Below are positions 29,691 through 38,600 of a DNA stretch of 64,000 nt, one piece after another. The DNA lies in assembly GCA_902500775.1 (NCBI GenBank), contig CABVRZ010000007.1:17412-81411 (forward strand), given 5' to 3'. Positions within the stretch are counted from its first letter, which is position 1. The number at the start of each line of letters is the position of its first letter. The notes below the pieces were generated by a model. The model made no database searches, had not been told where the DNA came from, and was given only the letters and a program-made list of their open reading frames with translations. A program made the translations under genes and the position numbers. This DNA is from an uncultured Nitrospira sp. Lineage in GTDB: Bacteria; Nitrospirota; Nitrospiria; Nitrospirales; Nitrospiraceae.

Positions 29691-31517
29691 ATGATCGCAC
29701 AAGCTACTGGACCACACAATAGACGAGAAGTCCTGTCTGTTGCAAAGCTGAAGAAACCACAGATGAACAGGGCACCACGAAACAAGACCATACAACGGAG
29801 CCTCTTGGATTGCATCGCCTATCGCGGTCTCGTGAGCCAAGTTGAATTGGATGCGGCCGTGGAAGAGTCTCTCTCACGGGAAGTCGACCTAGAGACTGTT
29901 CTCATCGACAAATATCGTGTCCCGAAACCAGCGCTCGGTTCAGCACTCGGTGAGTTTTATCAATGTCCCTATGTTCCCTATGACGAACGGATGATCATTG
30001 ACCCGGAACTCCTAAAAAACCTCAGTTTTGACTACCTGCGGAAAAACGCCTGGATACCCTTGAAGCGACAAGGGACCGTGCTCGATATCGTCATCAATGA
30101 TCCACATGATTTAGAAAAAGGGTTGGATATTCGGCGCGCATTTCCAGGGACCACAATCCGATTTTCAGTCGGGCTTCGGCGAGACATCGAACAATACCTT
30201 CTTGTGGCCACAGGTCAAGCCAATGGGGGCTCGATCACCGACATCCTTGGAGAGCTGGTTGACGAAGCCAGTATCGAGCGAAACGCGGAAGTCGAGCGAA
30301 GAGAGATCGATGAAAACGACTCTGCTATCGTCCGGCTGGCCAATCAGATCATCGCGGAGGCCTATCGCTTAGAGGCATCGGACGTTCACGTCGAACCCTA
30401 TTCGGACCGGAAAGAAACCGCCGTACGGTTTCGAGTTGATGGGACCTGCTTTACATATATGCGGATTCCGGCCACCTATCGGCGTGCGATCGTCTCGCGG
30501 TTAAAGATCATGGCAAATTTGGACATTGCCGAGCGACGGAAGCCTCAAGATGGGAAGCTTCGTTATAAGTTGGCAAAAGACCGCGAAATTGAAGTGCGGG
30601 TGGCGACAATCCCAACGGCAGGAAATAATGAGGATGTTGTGTTACGGCTCCTCACCGCCAAGGAAACCATGCCGTTAGAAGCTATGGATTTTCCCCTTAG
30701 CGTGTTACAGACCGTGAAGGAACTCTCCGAACGGCCCCATGGCATTTTCCTATGCGTCGGGCCGACCGGATCAGGGAAGACCACCACGCTTCACGCCGTG
30801 ATGAAGCACATCAATACCGACGAGCGAAAAATTTGGACAGCGGAAGATCCCATCGAGATTACACAGGAAGGGTTACGGCAGGTCCAAGTGCACCCAAAGA
30901 TCGGATTTACCTTCGCCTCGGCGATGCGGGCATTTCTTCGGGCTGATCCGGATGTCATCATGATTGGAGAGATGCGCGATAAAGAAACGGCGGACACCGC
31001 CATCGAAGCATCGCTCACCGGCCATCTGGTGATGAGCACATTGCACACCAATAGCGCAGTAGAAACCGTAACACGATTGCTCGATATGGGGTGTGATTCG
31101 TTTAATTTTGCTGATGCGATGTTGGGCGTGCTTGCCATGCGACTCTGTAAGCGCATCTGCTCTCACTGCAAGGAAGAATACCATCCGTCCCAACAGGAAT
31201 ATGCCGAACTTGTTCAAGGATATGGAACGAAATATTGGGAGCGGCTCGGTGTCAGCTACTCCGATGACCTGAAGCTGTATCGTGGAAAAGGATGCGAGGT
31301 TTGCAATCAAAGTGGTTTTAAGGGGCGGGTGGCACTGCAGGAACTCCTGGTTGGCTCGGAAGAGATCAAGAATCTGATTCAGAGTCGGGCCCGCACAGCT
31401 GAAATTCTCAACGTCGCCATGCAGGATGGTATGGTCACCCTCTTACAAGATGGCATTCAGAAAGTGCTAAAGGGGCTGACGACATACCGCCAAGTCCGGG
31501 CCGTTGCGGTCAAGTAG
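29691..31517 (+). CDS. PilB/GspE family secretion ATPase
   Basis: Walker A GPTGSGKTT, Asp box TAEDPIE, LRADPDVIMIGEMRD, His box TGHLVMSTLH, tetracysteine CSHC...GCEVC. Confidence 0.95.
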   Translation: MIAQATGPHNRREVLSVAKLKKPQMNRAPRNKTIQRSLLDCIAYRGLVSQVELDAAVEESLSREVDLETVLIDKYRVPKPALGSALGEFYQCPYVPYDERMIIDPELLKNLSFDYLRKNAWIPLKRQGTVLDIVINDPHDLEKGLDIRRAFPGTTIRFSVGLRRDIEQYLLVATGQANGGSITDILGELVDEASIERNAEVERREIDENDSAIVRLANQIIAEAYRLEASDVHVEPYSDRKETAVRFRVDGTCFTYMRIPATYRRAIVSRLKIMANLDIAERRKPQDGKLRYKLAKDREIEVRVATIPTAGNNEDVVLRLLTAKETMPLEAMDFPLSVLQTVKELSERPHGIFLCVGPTGSGKTTTLHAVMKHINTDERKIWTAEDPIEITQEGLRQVQVHPKIGFTFASAMRAFLRADPDVIMIGEMRDKETADTAIEASLTGHLVMSTLHTNSAVETVTRLLDMGCDSFNFADAMLGVLAMRLCKRICSHCKEEYHPSQQEYAELVQGYGTKYWERLGVSYSDDLKLYRGKGCEVCNQSGFKGRVALQELLVGSEEIKNLIQSRARTAEILNVAMQDGMVTLLQDGIQKVLKGLTTYRQVRAVAVK

Positions 31518-31538
31518 CGGGAATCCTGCCGCGGCTGA

Positions 31539-31862
31539 TCAGGGCGTGTGCTCGAGTACAGAGACGAACGAACCTAAACGAATCAGCATCTCCGGCGTAA
31601 TCCGAATAAATTCAAATCCGCATCGTTCATCAGAGATCCACCGAACTCCAGCGAGCTCAATCTCGATGGGCGAGGCATCGTCAAGCAGATCGATCCAGAG
31701 GGCGAGATGGGACGAAACTGATGGGGGCTGTGCTGTCATTACGGCACAGCCCTGCCTCGAGAGATTAATGACGGTTCCGTCCGTTCTGTGAGTAAGATCA
31801 CCAAGTGCGCATGGAAGCTGGATGGCAAATCGCTGAAACTTTCGATGGCTTCTAAACGTCAT
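31539..31862 (-). CDS. Stand-alone PilZ domain protein
   Basis: RxxxR (RKFQR) and NxSxxG (NLSRQG) c-di-GMP-binding motifs; VRW...CGFEF. Confidence 0.88.
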   Translation of the reverse strand: MTFRSHRKFQRFAIQLPCALGDLTHRTDGTVINLSRQGCAVMTAQPPSVSSHLALWIDLLDDASPIEIELAGVRWISDERCGFEFIRITPEMLIRLGSFVSVLEHTP

Positions 31863-32637
31863 AGGTCACTCCATTAACCAACAGGGCGGACCACCGATCG
31901 GCAGAAAGGGATCATACATCCCCTTATGAGCATACCAAGTACGCTCGTTATGTCCTTCCCGTCCGTCTGCACCATCCCCGCATAGACTTGTGCGAGGTCG
32001 TACACCGTCTCAGCAAAAACATGTTACTCCCGCGCATGACATATGTCCGGCAGTGCAGAGTCTCAATATGAAGAGAATACCATCAAAGGAAAAAGTTACG
32101 TATCAGAAAAACGGGGTTATGAATGATGTAACAATGCACGACTTCATGGTCATAAGACGCTTCATGAATTGTCAATCAGATTGGAGGAGATAACACAGTG
32201 GGCCCACTCTCGTACAGGAGCTGCAGAACGACTAATCTGGTGAGAGGAGAGGCTAGGATAACATTGCGTCAATATGGGGCAAAAACTTCTAAGAGACCCT
32301 ACGTTTCATCAACGATGGAAGAAACGCCATGAGTTGAGAGATGTTAAATCGAACAAACAGTATGTGTTGATGGATGTACTTGACATTAGGGCTCAATCTT
32401 CTCTCCTCACTTCTACTACGACCGCTCGACCTTCACTGACTTCACCACTCATGTCTTTTAGGACACGGGAGACTCGTAGTCGGAAAACCAAAATGAAGCA
32501 CTCCTAGATGTCAGAAAATGTGCTTTGTCGGTGACGAAAATTGTCCACATTTGCTCCTGAGGCGAATCGAGTACCCAATGTGATTAAGTTTATCGATACT
32601 TCTCATATAGTTACGCTCAATGCGGAAAGTCGTATGT

Positions 32638-32653
32638 CGGCACACACCTTGCT
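32638..32653 (+). promoter_or_regulatory. Sigma54 (-24/-12) promoter of minor pilin set 2
   Basis: CGGCAC-ACACC-TTGCT (GG-N10-GC), 48 bp before the fimT ATG. Upstream dyad AAATGTG-N23-CACATTT at 32516-32552. Confidence 0.65.
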
Positions 32654-32701
32654 CAATCTCATCTGAGCGCTATTGGTGTCATGGTTTGAAGCGATACCAT
32701 C

Positions 32702-33187
32702 ATGAGCATGAAATCTTGCTTAGCAACGAGGAAGGTCTGTCAGGCAGGGTACACGCTCATCGAGATCATGGTTGTTATCGCGATTGTTGGTATCCTGTCT
32801 GTGCTGGCGATCCCGAACTTCACCTTGTGGATCGCTAAATATCAACTGAAGCAGGCCGTAAGTGAAATCGCTGCTGATTTAAACATGGCTAAATTTATCG
32901 CGATGAATCGAAATCGTCAGGCCACCGTCACAATTCAGTTAGTCGGATCTACCGTGCAAGTCAGTGGGCTTGCAGGGGGGGTCGAAATTATTCCTGCCAA
33001 GACGTTTATGGGCAGTGTCAATGGACTTCCTGGTGGGACAGCCACGGTGAATTTCTCCTCAATGGGGATGAGTTCAGCGACGACTCCTCAGACAATTCAA
33101 CTTCAGAATGACAAGGGTCTTGTGTATGCGGTGTCGATCTTGCCGTCGGGCAAGGTCAATTGGTGCCCAAAGGCGAGTTGTCCGTAA
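32702..33187 (+). CDS. FimT/FimU-like minor pilin, set 2
   Basis: QAG|YTLIEIMVVIAIVGILSVLAIP and LKQAVSEIAADLNMAKFIAM. Confidence 0.88.
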   Translation: MSMKSCLATRKVCQAGYTLIEIMVVIAIVGILSVLAIPNFTLWIAKYQLKQAVSEIAADLNMAKFIAMNRNRQATVTIQLVGSTVQVSGLAGGVEIIPAKTFMGSVNGLPGGTATVNFSSMGMSSATTPQTIQLQNDKGLVYAVSILPSGKVNWCPKASCP

Positions 33188-33232
33188 ACAGGTGTCGTAG
33201 TGCCCGGCTGCACAAACGGAGAACGATCTGCG

Positions 33233-33721
33233 ATGAAACAGTCCCAAGCCGGATTCACATTGTTGGAAAGCATGCTCGCTGGTGCAATTCTGACCATTGG
33301 GCTGCTTGCATTATCTGCGATGCAGGCCATGTCGATGAGCAGAAATGTGGGCACGAAAGAAATGACACAAGTGAGCAATCTTGCGGCAGACATGATTGAG
33401 CGGATCCAGTTTAATCGCCGGAATGTCACTGCATATCACAATATTACCGTCAACTCTTCCACAACGACCTGCCCGGCTGCCGCGGTGAATGTAATGGCAA
33501 ATGGTGATTGCACACAGTGGAGAACGCTTCTATTGAATTCTGGACTGTCCAATGTCTCTGGGTCTGTCACGCTCAATCCAGTCCCGCCGGCCGTAGATCC
33601 TCAGGGGCTTACGCGAAGCACGGTAACGGTACGGTTGAATTGGCTTGCGACTCAACGAGGCGAAGGCACGATGGCGATGAATAAGGCGATGACGTTGGTA
33701 ACGGTTATCGCCCCGGAGTGA
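33233..33721 (+). CDS. pilV: PilV minor pilin, set 2
   Basis: QAG|FTLLESMLAGAIL, NLAADMIERIQFN and DCTQWRTLL. Confidence 0.85.
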   Translation: MKQSQAGFTLLESMLAGAILTIGLLALSAMQAMSMSRNVGTKEMTQVSNLAADMIERIQFNRRNVTAYHNITVNSSTTTCPAAAVNVMANGDCTQWRTLLLNSGLSNVSGSVTLNPVPPAVDPQGLTRSTVTVRLNWLATQRGEGTMAMNKAMTLVTVIAPE

Positions 33722-33733
33722 AGGACCGCGCTA

Positions 33734-34873
33734 ATGACTAGGCACGCGACGTCAGAAGTCATGCATCGGTGGGGTAGCGAGCTCGGCTTTACCTTGGCCG
33801 AAGTCATGATCGCGCTGGCCATCTCGACGATCCTGGCAGTAGCGGGATATTCAATTCTGATCTCAAGCGATAAGTCAACAAGAGCCAATGAGCAGATCGT
33901 GGGCACCCAACACAATGTTCGAATGGCCATGGAATTGATTTCAAGGGACATTAAGTTGGCGGGGTTTCGAATGCCGCAGGCTCCGAATGCTCCGGTTGGT
34001 GGAACAGCGGGGAATTGTTCAGCGAGTGGAACTCCAACCGCAATCAGACCCGTTGACAAAGTATCCACCACGTCTGTCGCTCCCAACGACGATGGGGCAG
34101 ACACGCTATCGCTGGTGGTACCGAAGACCATGCCTGGATGGACGTTGTCCGCAGTAGTTCCATCGGGAACGTCTTCATTTAATGCCCTTACATTAAGCAC
34201 AACGGCCGTCGCGGATATGAAGACCGATGGAATGGCCGATGGATCGGGAGCCTATATCTCAATCGGCGGCGTCGTGGCTGGCCAGGTGACCACCAGTAGT
34301 GGATCAACGATCAACCTTGCCAATACCTATAACTTGCCGATGACATTTGCTGCCGGTACGCAAGTGTATCTGCTGCAGTGCGTGACTTATTCCGTAGGGA
34401 CGACAACAGCGGCATGCGGAACCGATGGTCCTTGTCTCTTGAGGACAGTGGACACGGGGACGGCTCCGGCCACGACCACGAATATCGTCGACGGCATCGA
34501 GGATATTCAGTTCGCGCTCGCGTGCGACGGTTGTAATAACACCGTCAAGTCGGGAGTGCCAGACGGTGTGGTCGACGATTGGAATGGGAATAATCAGTTT
34601 GATACGGGTGATTGGCAAACCAATCGGGTATGGGCGCCGCTGACATTCAATCCTGCCACGATCCGACTGGTGGAAGTCAACATCGTCTCCCGTCAAACAT
34701 CAGCCGACCTCGGAACGGGTGAAGGGCAGAAGGCAGGAATTCAAACGGCGGCCCCATTGACGGTAAGTGACCATCTGCATTCCAACGACCCTGGATATTC
34801 CCTGGCCACGTATCAACAATTCCGCCGTCGCCTCCTCACACGAGCAGTCGCCGCGAGAAATATTGAACAGTGA
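33734..34873 (+). CDS. pilW: PilW minor pilin, set 2
   Basis: ELG|FTLAEVMIAL, NVRMAMELISRDIKLAGF and VDGIEDIQFAL. Confidence 0.88.
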   Translation: MTRHATSEVMHRWGSELGFTLAEVMIALAISTILAVAGYSILISSDKSTRANEQIVGTQHNVRMAMELISRDIKLAGFRMPQAPNAPVGGTAGNCSASGTPTAIRPVDKVSTTSVAPNDDGADTLSLVVPKTMPGWTLSAVVPSGTSSFNALTLSTTAVADMKTDGMADGSGAYISIGGVVAGQVTTSSGSTINLANTYNLPMTFAAGTQVYLLQCVTYSVGTTTAACGTDGPCLLRTVDTGTAPATTTNIVDGIEDIQFALACDGCNNTVKSGVPDGVVDDWNGNNQFDTGDWQTNRVWAPLTFNPATIRLVEVNIVSRQTSADLGTGEGQKAGIQTAAPLTVSDHLHSNDPGYSLATYQQFRRRLLTRAVAARNIEQ

Positions 34874-34886
34874 ACCTCCTGAGAGC

Positions 34887-35525
34887 ATGAATATGAAGCT
34901 AGTACCATCGGAGCGATTTGCAGAACGCGATGAGCGAGGCATTGCCCTGCTCACGGTTCTTATGGTCATGCTGATTATGACGGTGTTAGGCATCGCAGCA
35001 ATGACCATGACAGGACTCGACAATCGGGTGGCAGGGTTTCAGCGAACGACAGAAGCCGCTGCCGATGCGGCCGAATCGTGCGTGAGCACCTCCGTCAAAA
35101 TCATCCAGCAGACAATTGAAGATGGCGCTGTGCCGACGACGGTGGTGAGCGCGACTGGACCTGTACCGACTGTCGCGGAGACGGCTGCCAATCCATCACT
35201 TACCATGGAAATCATGGGGCAATCGAACAATCACACGGATACGATATCCGGTACTGGAGCCGCCGGCCCTGATTACATGCAGACCATCAATGGGTACTCC
35301 GTTCTGGGGGACATCGATCGACTGTATATTCAGGCGAAAGCAGGGTCTGGGATGCAATTTGCAGCGGGTTACGAAGGGGTGGGGACCGGCAGCGCTGCCG
35401 CCGGGTCGGAAGTCGTCTATCGGGTCGATTGCCGCGCAATGCTGGGTGCGACCGGAACAGAAAGCCGAATAGTGGCGGTCTATGCCTGTACGGTCAACGG
35501 AGAGAGTTGCCAGCGGAAAATCTAG
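34887..35525 (+). CDS. pilX: PilX minor pilin, set 2
   Basis: ERG|IALLTVLMVMLIMTVLG without Glu+5. Directly precedes pilY1. Confidence 0.85.
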   Translation: MNMKLVPSERFAERDERGIALLTVLMVMLIMTVLGIAAMTMTGLDNRVAGFQRTTEAAADAAESCVSTSVKIIQQTIEDGAVPTTVVSATGPVPTVAETAANPSLTMEIMGQSNNHTDTISGTGAAGPDYMQTINGYSVLGDIDRLYIQAKAGSGMQFAAGYEGVGTGSAAAGSEVVYRVDCRAMLGATGTESRIVAVYACTVNGESCQRKI

Positions 35526-35606
35526 GCAGCAGAGGTTGCGCTGCTACAGTCAGAGACGAGACCAGAATACAGACGCGGCGGGGTCTGAGGTAAGGGGGGA
35601 CGGAAT

Positions 35607-38600
35607 ATGAATAAACTGAAGATCGCTCTCCTGATCGCAGCTATCGGCGGGATGGTTCAGCAGTCCGCCATCGCACAAGTGACGATGAACAACTACACCG
35701 CGTACCCACCATTCATCACCAAGACGGTCCCACCGGCGGTCTTGATCATGATGACCAAGGACCATCGCCTGTTCTTCAAGGGCTATAACGATCTCGTCGA
35801 TCTGGACGGAAAGAAGGATTTGTCCGGCGTCCCCAACACACCGACCGGCAGGACGGACGGAATAGAAGTCACGTATGCCGACTATATCGACTACGTGGGG
35901 TACTTTGACTCCAAAAAGTGCTATTCATACTCGTCCCCAGCAGACAACTCATTTTCAAGCACAGGACGGTTTAACCCATCTGGTGCAGCGGTAAATTCTG
36001 GTAGCTCGGGAACGAGTTATGGACATAGCTGTTCAGGGAACTGGAGCGGCAATTTCCTCAATTGGGCGACGATGGCCAGAATCGACATCATCAGAAAAGT
36101 TTTGTACGGCGGGAAGCGAATCCAGGACGACGCTGGCACTGCGACATCGCTGACCCCGACGAGCGGCAATTTTGGAACCACCGTGTTGGGAAGAACCATC
36201 CTGCCTCGTGACGCTCATTCTTGGGCCAAAGTCTACGAAGGTGGCGATGCGAATGAATTTGTGCCGAATAGTTATATCAGTAGCAATGCCGTCACGATCT
36301 GTAACACCAATAGCTCCGGTACGGAAACGGTCGGCTTTATGATGGTCCTGCGAGGGGAGTTTAGGAATGCGGACAGCACCGAGTCGAGGCAATGTAATGC
36401 AGGTGGGGGGAGTTTTTCCGCTGGCGATGTAGCCGCAACCTATCGTGTAGCGGTGAAAGTATGCGATGCCTCCGTCGGGCTTGAGGCCAATTGCGACACC
36501 TACCTCGATGATGTGACGCCAGGTCCTTCGAATAGGTACTCGATGAAGCCACAGGGCCTCCTGCAGCGTATGGCGGTGAATGCCAACGGGAGCGCCGGCA
36601 CAAGAGACGATACGGTGACGATGCGGTTTGGGCTTATTTCCGGCAGCTACAATAAGAATTTTAGCGGAGGCGTGTTGCGGAGCAAGATCAGTGACCTCTA
36701 TGGGCAAGAGATCAACCAACGCACGGGCCAAATCCTCGGCACTTCAAAGGTCATCAAGTCGGTCGACATGTTCCGAGTCGTTGGCTACAGCTATTCCAGT
36801 GGCTATAGTGCAGGGTCTCCAGAGAACAGCTGTAATCCCCAAGGGGGTGTGCCGGCTGAAGCAACCTGCCGCAGTTGGGGGGAACCCTTTGCGGAGATGT
36901 TCTATGAGGCGATCCGGTATTTCCGAGGGTTGGCTGGGAGTGGGAATGCGACCACTCAATTCTATGCAGCTAGTCCGGACAATGGAATTCAAAGTTATGC
37001 CATCGGTGATGGGACATTTGCGTTGAACACGTTCCCGGTCGTCGCCAGTAACGGGTATGGCGATCCCTACGGAGGGACCCCTCCGGTCTGTGAGTATTGT
37101 GCCAAGCCATTCGTGCTGATGTTTGGAGATGCGTTTCCATCACATGACTCGGATCAATTGCCTGGAGCCCATGCCTGGACATCTGCCCCTACACAAGTCA
37201 CGCCGACCGCCAATGATACCGGGTTGAATTTGTCGAGCCTTTTGACGGCTTCCTCGATGAACACGTTAGATCCCATCAGCTCGGTATTCATCGGCGAAGT
37301 TGGCGGGGGGACGGCGAATAGTCTCTGCTCCGCCAAATCAGTAACGAGCTATTTAAACCTCCGAGGGTTGTGCCCAGAAGAGCCGAATAAGTACGGGACC
37401 TATTATCTGCCTCTACTGGCTCATTACGCTAAAACGAACGACCTTCGAGGTGCATTGGGGAACGATACGGCCAATTCGGTGAAGCAGCATATTACAACAT
37501 ACGTAGTAGCATCTAGTGCTCCTGTGCCGGTGTTAGAATTCACGGTGGGGGGAAAGAAGGTGCAGTTGACGCCGGCCTTCCATAGTGGTTGCCCAGAGGC
37601 TGCTGCCAATGCACCGCCCAGCGACTCCAATCGGTACAACGGCTGTACTACAGCTGGCCAGGGCGCATGGGCCAGTTCATCGGCTACGGGAGGGAATAAG
37701 GGCCAGTTGGTGGGATTCAATATTTGTTCGGTCTCCGGCGACGCAGATTGGACGACTGAATCCGGGAATGGCTACACCTATTGCTATGAAAGTATGTGGG
37801 ATGATGCCACCTATGGTGGCGACTTTGACCTAGATATTCGCTACCGCATATATATCAAAACGACGGGAACGACGATTACGGTTAAAACAAAGCCGATCTA
37901 TGCATCTGCGGGAAATGGGAATTGGGCAGGGTTCTATATCAACGGCGTGACGGCCAATCATAGTGTCACGACACCTGGGCCTGTCACTCTGAATAACATT
38001 CTCACGGGATCCGGCGAATATTACGACATTCGTTGTGGAGGCAGCATTCCTGGATCGACGGGGGGTACTGCTTGTCAACGCTACAATACTACGGGAGCGT
38101 GGACAAATCAGGGAACGGCTCCCTATCCGACGATCTGGGCAGAACGAACTTTTACCGTCAACGGATCGACGGCGGGACTATTGAAAGATCCGCTGTGGTA
38201 CGCCTCAAAATATGGCGGCTTCAAGGACAGTGATAAGCCATCGACGACAGGGTACAACTTGCCGGACAAGACGTCAGAGTGGGATGCCGACGGCGATGGC
38301 AATCCTGATACTTATTTCTATGCGCAGAATCCGTTGGAGTTAGAAGGGAAACTTGCGGCCGCGTTCGCGGCGATCCTGAACCAGACATCGTCAGGTACCG
38401 CCGCATCAGTGCTGTCCTCGTCTAGTACGGGTGAAGGCGCCCTCTATCAGTCCTACTTCTATCCCACGCAGTTCGAAGGATTAAACGAGGTCAAGTATAC
38501 GGGCTATGTCCATGGGCTCTTCGTCGATGCGTTTGGCAATCTGCGAGAAGATACGAATGGAGATGGCCGCCTCGTCCTGACGGAGGATCGTATCGTGGTG

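Noticed and set aside
31863-32500. Possible c-di-GMP riboswitch or small ORFs in the AT-rich spacer before pilin set 2
   Set aside because: No GEMM (GGCAAACC...GAAA...GACGCAAAGC) or class II core was seen, and the short ORFs lack features.
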